A program made the position numbers and the translations under genes. DNA of 64,000 nt from an uncultured Acidobacteriota bacterium. Lineage in GTDB: Bacteria > Acidobacteriota > Vicinamibacteria > Vicinamibacterales > 2-12-FULL-66-21. Below are positions 44,423-53,310 of the stretch, piece by piece (position 1 is the stretch's first letter; each line of letters begins with the position of its first letter). A model generated the notes under the pieces. That model worked only from the letters and a program-made list of their open reading frames with translations, had not been told where the DNA came from and did not search any database. The stretch lies in the NCBI GenBank assembly GCA_963820905.1, contig CAWGBU010000008.1:361729-425728 (forward strand). The letters are read 5' to 3'.

Positions 44423-46149
44423 CGTCCGGATCTCGTCTTCTGGCGGCGCAGGGCCTTCCGGAATTGTTCGACGGGAAGCGTATTGAGGACGTCTCCGGGC
44501 GAGATCCAGCCGCGCCGCGCCGTCGCGATCCCCCAGCGCGTGACGGCGAGCGCGGCCGGGGAATGCGCGTCCGAATCGATCGTGAGCTTCGCGCCGCGAT
44601 CCCGCGCCAGGCGCGCGTGCTGGTCGTCGAGGTCGAGGCGCTCGACCAGGCTGTTGATTTCGAGCGCGACACCGGCCGTTGCGGCGGCGTCGACGACCCG
44701 CTCGAAGTCGAAGCGATAGCCCTCGCGCTTGAGGATGCGGCGTCCCGTGGGGTGCGCGATGACGTCGACCCACGGGCAGGCAATCGCGCGCAGCAGCCTT
44801 GCGGTCATCTGTGCTTCGTCCTGTGTGAATGCGGAGTGCACGGAGGCGATCACGATGTCGAGCTCGGCGAGGCACTCGTCGGCCAGATCCATCGTGCCGT
44901 CCGGCCGGATGTCGCACTCGATGCCCGCGAGGACGGTGATGCCTTTCAGCCGCTTGTTCAGCGCGCGAACCTGGCGGGCGTGCTCGAGCGCGCGCCGTTC
45001 GTCGAGGCCGTTCGTCATTGCCAGGGACTGGCTGTGATCCGTGATCGCGATGTAGGAGAGGCCAGCCTCCCGCGCCGCGACGGCCATGGTTTCGGCGTCC
45101 GCGCGGCCGTCGCTCGCCGTCGTGTGCATGTGGATGTCCCCGCGCAGGTCCGCGTGGGCGATCAGGTGCGGGAGGCCGCCGCGCTCGGCGGCCTCGATCT
45201 CGCCGCGATTCTCTCGAAGCTCCGGTGGCACGAAGTTCAGCCCGAGCGCTTCGTAGATGGCTTGCTCCGAGCCGTTCGCGACCACCGCGCCGTCGTCGTT
45301 CCGGTAGAGGCCGTATTCGTTCAGCTTCAGGCCGCGGCGAAGCGCGCGGTCGCGGAGCGCGATGTTGTGCGGCTTCGAGCCGGTGAAGTACTGAAGCGCC
45401 GCGCCGAGGCTCTCGCGAGGGACGAGACGCAGGTCGGCCTGGAACCCGCCGTGGAGCAGCACGCTCGATTTGGAGTCCCCATGCGCGAGGACCCGCTCGA
45501 CCAGCCCGTACACGGTGAAGGCTTCCATCAGTGACGGGGGCGCGCCGGCGGCGAGGATGTCGAGATCGCCGCAGGTTTCGCAGCCGCGGCGCAGGCTGCC
45601 GACCATGGAGATTTCGGCGTCAGGTGCGTGCGCGCGCAGCGCGGACACCAGCGCCGCGGCGGTGTCGTGGGCCTCGGCGATCAGGCGGCGTCCGGCGACG
45701 CGGGATCGCTCCTCCAGCGCCTTCAGGATCCATGTTTCCTTCTTCGACCCCATGCCTTTGAGCGTGCGCAAGCGGCCATCCCGGGCCGCGCGCTCGAGGT
45801 CCTCCAGCGTCCGGACGCCGAGCTCGCGATACAGGAGCGAGACTGTTTTCGGCCCGACGCCCTGAAGGTGCAGCAGGTCGAGAATCGTCGGAGGGAACTC
45901 CTGCAGGAGCGCCTGGTGATAGGCGATCGTGCCGGTCTCGAGGACCTCGCTGATCTTCGCGTTGAGATCCCGGCCGATGCCGGGAATGGCGAGGCGCTTC
46001 TCAGGGGTCAGGTCGGCGATCCGTTCGGCGGAATGCGTCAGGGTTTCGGCCGCGTTGCGGTACGCACGGATCTTGAACGGGTTCTCGCCCTTGATCTCGA
46101 GGAGGTCGCCGATCTCGGCGAAGATCCGCGCGAGCGCCAGGTTTTCCAC
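44419..46149 (-). CDS. polX: DNA polymerase X / PHP 3'-5' exonuclease
   Basis: ENPFKIRAYR, GVGPK HhH, GSLRR...GDLD, DLR, YFTGS, PHP motifs HMHT, TDHS, DSDAH. Confidence 0.96.
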   Translation of the reverse strand: MENLALARIFAEIGDLLEIKGENPFKIRAYRNAAETLTHSAERIADLTPEKRLAIPGIGRDLNAKISEVLETGTIAYHQALLQEFPPTILDLLHLQGVGPKTVSLLYRELGVRTLEDLERAARDGRLRTLKGMGSKKETWILKALEERSRVAGRRLIAEAHDTAAALVSALRAHAPDAEISMVGSLRRGCETCGDLDILAAGAPPSLMEAFTVYGLVERVLAHGDSKSSVLLHGGFQADLRLVPRESLGAALQYFTGSKPHNIALRDRALRRGLKLNEYGLYRNDDGAVVANGSEQAIYEALGLNFVPPELRENRGEIEAAERGGLPHLIAHADLRGDIHMHTTASDGRADAETMAVAAREAGLSYIAITDHSQSLAMTNGLDERRALEHARQVRALNKRLKGITVLAGIECDIRPDGTMDLADECLAELDIVIASVHSAFTQDEAQMTARLLRAIACPWVDVIAHPTGRRILKREGYRFDFERVVDAAATAGVALEINSLVERLDLDDQHARLARDRGAKLTIDSDAHSPAALAVTRWGIATARRGWISPGDVLNTLPVEQFRKALRRQKTRSGR

Positions 46150-46156
46150 GATGTCG

Positions 46157-47161
46157 TCACGCCGTCACGCGGGTCTCAACCAGGAGACCCTCCGACTCGA
46201 TCCGGAAGTCGAGGAGCTCGCCGCCGGCCGCGGCGATCGCGCGGCGGACAGCGGGCACGTGCTCGGGCTCGCTGAGGCAGAAGAGGCAGCCGCCACCGCC
46301 GGCGCCGCAGACCTTGCCGCCGTAGGCCCCGGCGTTTCGTGCGGCGGCCAGCATCGCATCGATGCCTGCGGTCGTGACGCCAGGCGCGAGACCCTTGCGA
46401 TTTTCCCATTCCTCCGCGACCTGCCGCCCGGCCTCCGGCCAATCGCTGCGCTCGAGTGCGTCCCGCATGGCGCCCGCGATGTCGCGGATGCGCGCGAAGC
46501 GTTTCTGCACTTCGCGATCCCCGTCGATGTGCCGCTTGGTGACCTCCCAGTTGTTGATACCCGAGTTCCGCGTGGCGCCGGTGTAGGCGAGCACGAGACG
46601 CCGCTCGAGCTCTCCCGCCGCGATCGGAAGGGGAATCCGGCGAATGCCGTCGACCGCGAGCTCGACGGCCGAGATCCCGCCATAGAGGGCCGGCCGATAG
46701 TCCTGGACACCCGTCGGCACGTCGATCGCCTGTGCCTCGACGTTCATCGCAATCTGCATCAGGCTCTCATCGGAGCGCGGCTGTCCGCTCCACGCCCGCA
46801 GGGCGCCGCAGACCGCGATGTTGAGCGCGGAGGAGCCCGCGATGCCGGCGCCGACCGGCGACTCCGACCGCGTGTGCAGCTCCAGCGCGTCCGCCTGAAA
46901 GTAGTGCAGCAGACGTCCGAGCAGCCGCAGTTCGTGGTTGTCGCGCAGCTCGCTCCAGTGCGCGACGTCGACGCGCCGTCCGGTGTCGCCGGAGACGATC
47001 GTGAGGCCGCTCCCGTTTCGAGGCTTGATCACGCACCGCGCGCGGAGGCTGATCGCCGCGTTGATGGTCTGCGCGCGATCGTGGAAGAGATACAGGGGCC
47101 AGATATCGAGCGTCCCACCCGCCAGGTCGATACGAGTGGGAGCCGAGGTCTCTACATGCAC
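46157..47161 (-). CDS. GHMP-family sugar kinase (HddA-like)
   Basis: APTRIDLAGGTLD, PVGAGIAGSS, TGVQD, GKVCGAGGGG. Confidence 0.9.
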   Translation of the reverse strand: MHVETSAPTRIDLAGGTLDIWPLYLFHDRAQTINAAISLRARCVIKPRNGSGLTIVSGDTGRRVDVAHWSELRDNHELRLLGRLLHYFQADALELHTRSESPVGAGIAGSSALNIAVCGALRAWSGQPRSDESLMQIAMNVEAQAIDVPTGVQDYRPALYGGISAVELAVDGIRRIPLPIAAGELERRLVLAYTGATRNSGINNWEVTKRHIDGDREVQKRFARIRDIAGAMRDALERSDWPEAGRQVAEEWENRKGLAPGVTTAGIDAMLAAARNAGAYGGKVCGAGGGGCLFCLSEPEHVPAVRRAIAAAGGELLDFRIESEGLLVETRVTA

Positions 47162-47175
47162 GTGCGCAGTATAAC

Positions 47176-47224
47176 GAACCCGTGAACCCGTGAACCCGTG
47201 AACCTCGTGAACCCGCAACCGCGC
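47176..47224. repeat. Octamer array GAACCCGT between divergent -10 boxes
   Basis: GAACCCGT x3, GAACCTCGT, GAACCCGC, AACCGCGC; TATACT (minus, 47168-47173) and TATAAT (plus, 47231-47236). Confidence 0.88.
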
Positions 47225-47244
47225 AGCCACTATAATCATCAGGA

Positions 47245-48339
47245 ATGAGCATGCGCGATCTTCGAAGGCACATCGGTCAGCTCGCAATCGCGGGGTTTGC
47301 GGGCGAGTCGATCCCTCCGGACCTGCGCGCCCTCGCGCGCGAGTTCGATCTCGGCGGCATCATCCTGTTCGCCAGGAACGTCGTCGAGCCGGAGCAGGTC
47401 GCGGAGATTGCGCGCGAGGCGCAGTCTCTGGCGCACGAGCTGCCACTGTGGGTGAGCGTCGATCAGGAAGGTGGCCGCGTCGCGCGTCTCAAGGCGCCCT
47501 TTACCGTGTGGCCGCCGATGAAAACGCTCGGACGGAGCGGCGACGAGCGTCTCGCCCAGCGCTTCGCGTCGGCGCTGGCGGCCGAGTTGAAGGCGGTCGG
47601 CATCTCGCTCGATTACACGCCGGTGCTCGACATCCTGACGAATCCCGACAATCCGGTCATCGGCGATCGCGCGCTGGCGGAGCGGGCCGAGGACGTCGCG
47701 CGTCTGGGACGCTCGATCATCATCACCCTGCAGCAGTCGGGCATCGCCGCCTGCGGCAAGCATTTTCCCGGGCACGGCGACACGAGCACCGATTCGCATC
47801 ACGAGCTGCCGCTGGTCGAGCATCCGCCCGACCGCCTGGACGCGATCGAGCTGGTGCCGTTCCGGGCGGCCATCGAGGCGCAGGTCGCCGCGATCATGAC
47901 CGCGCACATCCTGGTTCCGTCGTACGACGAGGAACGCCCGGCGACGCTCTCGCCGGCAATCGTGACCGATCTCCTGAAGTCGCGTCTCGGATATCGCGGT
48001 CTCGTCCTCAGCGACGATCTCGAGATGAAGGCGATCAGCGGACGATACGGCGTGCCCGAGGCGACGATGGCGGCCGTCGCGGCCGGCTGTGACGCGGTGC
48101 TCATGTGCGGCACGTCGCAGGAACCGCAGGCGGTTGCGCTCGAGGGCCTCATACGCGCCGTCGAAACGGGCGCGCTGCCGGTCAGACGCGTCGAGGACGC
48201 GCTCGCGCGTCAGCGGCGGGCGAAGGAGCGTTTCCTGGCGCCGGCTCACGCCCTGCCCCTCTCCGGCCCGGCGCTCCGCGCCGCGCTGGGCCGCGACGAG
48301 CATCGCGCCGTGGCCGACGAAATGGCGAGGTTCGCGTAG
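47245..48339 (+). CDS. nagZ: Beta-N-acetylhexosaminidase (GH3)
   Basis: DQEGGRV, KHFPGHGDTSTDSH, SDDLEM. Confidence 0.95.
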   Translation: MSMRDLRRHIGQLAIAGFAGESIPPDLRALAREFDLGGIILFARNVVEPEQVAEIAREAQSLAHELPLWVSVDQEGGRVARLKAPFTVWPPMKTLGRSGDERLAQRFASALAAELKAVGISLDYTPVLDILTNPDNPVIGDRALAERAEDVARLGRSIIITLQQSGIAACGKHFPGHGDTSTDSHHELPLVEHPPDRLDAIELVPFRAAIEAQVAAIMTAHILVPSYDEERPATLSPAIVTDLLKSRLGYRGLVLSDDLEMKAISGRYGVPEATMAAVAAGCDAVLMCGTSQEPQAVALEGLIRAVETGALPVRRVEDALARQRRAKERFLAPAHALPLSGPALRAALGRDEHRAVADEMARFA

Positions 48340-48342
48340 GCG

Positions 48343-49266
48343 ATGCGCAAACCTCGCGCACTGCGTCGCGGCGATCGCGTCGCCGTCGTCGCCCCCGCCA
48401 GCCCGTTCGCGCGCACCGAGTTCGACGCAGGCGTCGCCGAGCTTCGATCGCTCGGTTTCGAGCCCGTGTACGACGACTGCGTGTTCGACCGGCAGGGGTA
48501 CGTGGCGGGAACGGCGGAAACCCGGGCGCGTGCGTTCATGCGCGCCTGGGAGGATCCCTCGATCGCCGCGCTGGTCGCGGCGCGCGGCGGATTTGGCAGC
48601 GTCCAGATGCTTCCGCTGCTCGACGCGGCGGCTGTCGGCCGGCATGCCAAGGCCTTCGTCGGATACAGCGACAACACGTCCATCCTGACCTGGATCACCC
48701 TCACGCTCGGCGTCGCGTCCTTTCACGGGCCGATGATCGAAGGCCGGCTCGCGAAAGGGGAAGCCGGGTACGATCGCGACACGTTCTTCCGCTGCCTCTG
48801 CCGGGCCGAACCGGCCGGCGAGATCACGCATCCGCGGCTCGAGGTCGTGAAAGGGGGAGAGGCGGAAGGAATGTTGGTCGGCGGCACGCTGACCCAGCTG
48901 ACGGCATCGCTGGGAACGCCCTATGCCTTCGACCCCCCGAATGGCTGCATCCTTTTTCTCGACGAAGTGGGCGAGCGTCCGTATCGACTCGACCGCATGC
49001 TGACGCAGCTCCGGTTGAGCGGACTGCTCGGGCGCGCGTCGGCACTGGTCTTCGGCGAGCTGCCGCGCTGCGACGAACCCGGCGGGGATCTGGCACCCGT
49101 GGCGACGGTCGCCGCGCTCACTCGCGACTTCGCGGGGCCCGTGCTGTTCGGCCTGCCGTCGGGCCACACTTCGGGTGCGACGCTGACGCTGCCCTTCGGC
49201 GTCGAGGCCCGTGTCGTCGCGACGTCGGCCCCGCGGCTGGTGATCGCCGAGGCAGCCGTATCCTGA
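48343..49266 (+). CDS. ldcA: LD-carboxypeptidase (S66)
   Basis: VVAPAS, ARGGFG, GYSD, HGPM, SGH. Confidence 0.92.
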   Translation: MRKPRALRRGDRVAVVAPASPFARTEFDAGVAELRSLGFEPVYDDCVFDRQGYVAGTAETRARAFMRAWEDPSIAALVAARGGFGSVQMLPLLDAAAVGRHAKAFVGYSDNTSILTWITLTLGVASFHGPMIEGRLAKGEAGYDRDTFFRCLCRAEPAGEITHPRLEVVKGGEAEGMLVGGTLTQLTASLGTPYAFDPPNGCILFLDEVGERPYRLDRMLTQLRLSGLLGRASALVFGELPRCDEPGGDLAPVATVAALTRDFAGPVLFGLPSGHTSGATLTLPFGVEARVVATSAPRLVIAEAAVS

Positions 49267-49282
49267 GACGCCGGATTCCCAC

Positions 49283-50683
49283 ATGCCTACACGCGTCCAT
49301 CTGATTGGCGTCTGCGGGACGGCTATGGCGACCCTGGCCGCACTGCTCAAGAGCAAGGGCTTCGACGTGCGGGGGTCCGACGAGAACGTCTATCCGCCGA
49401 TGAGCGACTTTCTCGTCGACCAGGGCATCACGCTGCTCCAGGGGTACAAACCTGAGCACATCGGTGCCGATCTCGACCTGGTGGTTGTCGGGAACGCGAT
49501 CTCGCGCGGCAATCCGGAGCTCGAGGAAGTGCTCGATCGAAAGATCCGCTACTGCTCGCTGCCGGAAGCCGTACGCGATCATTTTCTCTGGGCGTCGCGC
49601 GCCGTGGTGATCACCGGCACGCATGGCAAGACCACGACCACCGCGCTGGCTGGATGGATCCTGACCGACGGCGGCGCCGATCCGAGCATGCTCGTCGGCG
49701 GCATCGTGGAGAACTTCGACGGCAGCTATCGGGTCGGCGGCGGCCGGGAGTTCGTGATCGAAGGCGACGAGTACGACAGCGCCTTCTTCGACAAGACCGC
49801 CAAGTTTCTCAAATATCTTCCCGACATCGCCGTCGTCGGCAACATCGAGTTCGATCACGCGGACATCTACCCCAACCTGGACGCAATCCGCCTCACGTTT
49901 CAGCGGTTCGTGAACTTGATCCCGCGTCGCGGCCTGCTGCTGCTCGGCGCGGACAACGCGGATGCGCTCTCCCTCCGCGCGCGCGCGCACTGCAGGGTCG
50001 AGACGTTCGGTTTGTCGGCAGGGGCGGACTGGCAGGCCCACGATGTCAAGGTGTCGGAGACGTCGACGAGCTTCAGCGTCAGACGGCGAGGCGCGCCGGC
50101 CGGCACGTTCGAGATCCCGATGCTCGGCACGTACAACGTCCGCAACGCACTCGCCGCGATCGCGGTCGGCGCGGCCGTCGGGCTCGACACGGACACCATG
50201 GCGGCGTCGCTGCGGCGCTTCAAGGGCATTCGGCGGCGGCTTCAACATCGGGGCACCGCGCGTGGCGTCGCGGTGTACGACGACTTCGCGCATCACCCGA
50301 CGGCGATTGCCGAAACGCTCGCCGGCGTGCGTTCCGCGCATCCCGGACGGCGTCTGTGGGCCGTGTTCGAGCCGCGATCGGCGACCTCGTGCCGCCGGAT
50401 CTTCCAGGCTGATTTCGTGAAGGCGCTTTCCGGAGCTGACAGCGTGATTCTGCCCGCCGTGTTCCGGTCGACCCTACCCGATGAGGAGCGGTTGTCGCCG
50501 GAGCTGATAGTCGGCGAGCTGCAGGGCTCCGGCGTCGACGCCCGGTACATTCCGAAGACAGACGACATCGTGACCGCTCTCGCCCGCGATACGCGCGACG
50601 GTGACATCGTCATCGTCATGTCGAACGGCGGTTTCGACGACATCCACAGAAAGCTTCTGGCCGCTCTCGAGCGTCAGCCGTGA
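49283..50683 (+). CDS. mpl: UDP-MurNAc:tripeptide ligase
   Basis: GVCGTAM, YPPMS, GTHGKTTT, EGDEYDSAFFDK, DDFAHHPTAI, MSNGGF. Confidence 0.93.
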   Translation: MPTRVHLIGVCGTAMATLAALLKSKGFDVRGSDENVYPPMSDFLVDQGITLLQGYKPEHIGADLDLVVVGNAISRGNPELEEVLDRKIRYCSLPEAVRDHFLWASRAVVITGTHGKTTTTALAGWILTDGGADPSMLVGGIVENFDGSYRVGGGREFVIEGDEYDSAFFDKTAKFLKYLPDIAVVGNIEFDHADIYPNLDAIRLTFQRFVNLIPRRGLLLLGADNADALSLRARAHCRVETFGLSAGADWQAHDVKVSETSTSFSVRRRGAPAGTFEIPMLGTYNVRNALAAIAVGAAVGLDTDTMAASLRRFKGIRRRLQHRGTARGVAVYDDFAHHPTAIAETLAGVRSAHPGRRLWAVFEPRSATSCRRIFQADFVKALSGADSVILPAVFRSTLPDEERLSPELIVGELQGSGVDARYIPKTDDIVTALARDTRDGDIVIVMSNGGFDDIHRKLLAALERQP

Positions 50684-51381
50684 CAGGGTTCATCGTCCGC
50701 CCGGCGGGTGACGCGGCCCTGGTCGTGCAGCTCCCGGAGCGAATCGACCCGCTGCTGAATGCGTGGTGTGTCGCGCTCGCCGCACGGCTGCGGACCGGGC
50801 TGGGCGCGTCGGTGCGCGATGCGGTCATCGGATACTGTTCCGTGACGGTGTATTTCAATCCGCAGCTCGTCGATGGCGCATGGCTCGAGGAGGAGGTTCG
50901 TGGGATCGCCGAGGCGCTGGGGGTGTTCGAGCCGAAGGATGGCCCGGTCGTGGATGTGCCGGTCTGCTACGGCGGGGAGTATGGACCGGACCTGATTGAT
51001 GTGGCGGCCTTCGCTCGTCGATCGGAGGAAGAGGTCGTGGCCCTTCACGCCGGCACGGAATACCGCGTGTACCTCGTAGGATTCGTGCCCGGATTCGCAT
51101 ACATGGCAGAGGTCGATTCCGCGATTGCCGCGCCGCGCCGCGCGTCGCCGCGCACTGCCGTGCCGGCAGGCTCGGTCGCCATTGCCGGAGGGCAGACGGG
51201 AATCTACCCATCAGTGACCCCGGGCGGCTGGAACATCATCGGACGAACCCCGATTGCGCCGTACGATGCGCACCGGTCGACGCCGTGCCTGTTCAACCCC
51301 GGGGATCGGGTCAGATTTCATCGCATCAGCAAGGACGACTACCGCGACGCCGTGGCCGCCGGCGCCGGGAGCCGGCCCTGA
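50680..51381 (+). CDS. pxpB: 5-oxoprolinase subunit B
   Basis: VPVCYGGEYGPDL, GFVPGFAY, VPAGSV, TPGGWNIIGRT. Confidence 0.9.
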   Translation: MTGFIVRPAGDAALVVQLPERIDPLLNAWCVALAARLRTGLGASVRDAVIGYCSVTVYFNPQLVDGAWLEEEVRGIAEALGVFEPKDGPVVDVPVCYGGEYGPDLIDVAAFARRSEEEVVALHAGTEYRVYLVGFVPGFAYMAEVDSAIAAPRRASPRTAVPAGSVAIAGGQTGIYPSVTPGGWNIIGRTPIAPYDAHRSTPCLFNPGDRVRFHRISKDDYRDAVAAGAGSRP

Positions 51382-51391
51382 TCGGACCGCC

Positions 51392-52336
51392 GTGAGCCAC
51401 GTCACCGTGATACGGCCGGGCATGTTGACGACGATCCAGGATCTGGGTCGTTGGGGATTCCAGGCCGAAGGCGTACCCGTCGCGGGCCCGATGGACGAGT
51501 ACTCGCACATCCTGGCGAACAGGATCGTCGGCAACGATCCTTCCGCCGCCGCGCTCGAGCTCACGTTGGTTGGGCCTGAACTTCAGAGCAGCAGCGATGT
51601 GCTCTGCGCGGTGGCGGGTGCGTCCTTCGCTCTGATGGCGGGCGGCAGACGCGTCGCGATGCACGAACCGTTCGTACTCCACGCCGGAGAGCGGCTTCGC
51701 TTTGGCGAGCGGATCGCAGGCGCGAGGGCAACGCTCGCATTCGGCGGAGGGGTCGCGGTCGAGCCCGTACTCGGGAGCCGCGCGACCAGTTTGATCAGCG
51801 GGCTAGGGCCGCTCGGCGGCCGCTCCTTGCGCGCGGGAGATGTCCTGCCGATCGGCGTCGTCGATCCGGCATCGACGCAAGGACGCGATCGGGCGCCGGC
51901 GCTCGCGCCACCGCTGCGAATTCCATCCGGTGGAGCGGAGTTGCGCGTCATCCCCGGACCGCACGTCGAATGGTTCACCGCGTCCGCCGTGGAAGCCCTG
52001 TTGACGTCGCGGTTTGCGATCACCCCGAGCTCGAACCGAATGGGATACCGGCTCGCGGGTGCACCCATCGACCACGCGGGGAGCGCGGACATCCTGTCCG
52101 ACGCGACCGCGATTGGTTCGATTCAGGTGCCAGCCTCGGGACAACCGATCCTGCTGATGGCGGATCGTCAGACAACCGGCGGGTATCCAAAGATTGCCAC
52201 CGTGATTGGCGCCGACCTGCCCCTGGCTGGACAGCTCGCGCCCGGGGACTGGATTGAGTTCCGTCAATGTTCGCGCGAGGCGGCTGTCGACGCGCGGCGA
52301 CGCCGCTTTCGCCCGCTGGAGGCGCGGCGGCTGTGA
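51392..52336 (+). CDS. pxpC: 5-oxoprolinase subunit C
   Basis: TTIQDLGR, GPMD, SNRMGYRL, GSIQVP, DRQTTGGYPKIA. Confidence 0.9.
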   Translation: MSHVTVIRPGMLTTIQDLGRWGFQAEGVPVAGPMDEYSHILANRIVGNDPSAAALELTLVGPELQSSSDVLCAVAGASFALMAGGRRVAMHEPFVLHAGERLRFGERIAGARATLAFGGGVAVEPVLGSRATSLISGLGPLGGRSLRAGDVLPIGVVDPASTQGRDRAPALAPPLRIPSGGAELRVIPGPHVEWFTASAVEALLTSRFAITPSSNRMGYRLAGAPIDHAGSADILSDATAIGSIQVPASGQPILLMADRQTTGGYPKIATVIGADLPLAGQLAPGDWIEFRQCSREAAVDARRRRFRPLEARRL

Positions 52337-53310
52337 GCCGGACGATCGAGCAGAGACTAGCCGACGCGGTCGGGGCGGATCGCGTCCGCCGCGATGCGCC
52401 GCTCGCGCCCCTCACGACCTTCAAGGTCGGCGGCCTCGCGGACTTCCTGGTCGACCTGCGAACCGCGGAGCAGGTTCGCCTTGCGCTCGCCGTTGCGCAC
52501 GAGGCCGGCCTCCCGGTCACCGTGCTCGGAGGAGGATCGAACGTCCTCATCGCCGACCACGGACTGCGCGGGCTGGTTCTCCGGATCCATGGAGGGGACG
52601 TCAGGCACCTGGCTCCCGATCGCGCCGAGTCTGATGGCGGCGTGACGATCAACGGCCTCGTCCGGTGGACGATCAGTCACGGCCTCGCCGGTCTCGAGGC
52701 TTGGGCAGGCACGCCGGGCACGGTCGGCGGCGCGATCCACGGCAACGCCCATTTTCGCGGCCGCCTGATCAGCGAGCTCATCGAGCGCGTCACGCTCGCG
52801 CGCCTCGACGGCACAATGGTCGATGTCTCCGCGGGGGAGATGGAATTTGGCTACGATTACAGCCGCCTGCACCGGACGAGCGAGATCGTGGTGGCGGCGG
52901 TGTTCAGGGTATCGGCGGGGGAGCCGGATGAGCTCCGCCGGATTGCGCGGGAGTCGCTGTCCTTCCGCAAGCGGACACAGCCGCTCGAATCGGCGAGCGC
53001 GGGATGTATTTTTCAGAATCCGGACCCGTCGCGCGACAGGGTGCCCGACGGGATCCCGGCGTCCGCGGGCGCGCTCGTCGATCGGGCGGGTCTGAAGAAT
53101 GTCAAGGCGGGACGAGCGCGCGTGTCGGCGACGCACGCCAACTTCATCGTGAACGAAGGCGGCGCGTCGGCAGGCGAAGTGCGCGATCTGATCGAACGGT
53201 GCAAACAGGACGTCCGGGAGCGCTTTGGGGTCGCTCTCCGGGAAGAGATCGTCTATCTCGGGTTCGAGCGTACGGGCAGCGAGGAGCCGAATGGCCATTC
53301 TGAGGATTGA
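52333..53310 (+). CDS. murB: UDP-N-acetylenolpyruvoylglucosamine reductase
   Basis: TTFKVGG, LGGGSNVL, PGTVGGA, SAGCIFQNP, HANFIVN. Confidence 0.95.
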   Translation: MSRTIEQRLADAVGADRVRRDAPLAPLTTFKVGGLADFLVDLRTAEQVRLALAVAHEAGLPVTVLGGGSNVLIADHGLRGLVLRIHGGDVRHLAPDRAESDGGVTINGLVRWTISHGLAGLEAWAGTPGTVGGAIHGNAHFRGRLISELIERVTLARLDGTMVDVSAGEMEFGYDYSRLHRTSEIVVAAVFRVSAGEPDELRRIARESLSFRKRTQPLESASAGCIFQNPDPSRDRVPDGIPASAGALVDRAGLKNVKAGRARVSATHANFIVNEGGASAGEVRDLIERCKQDVRERFGVALREEIVYLGFERTGSEEPNGHSED

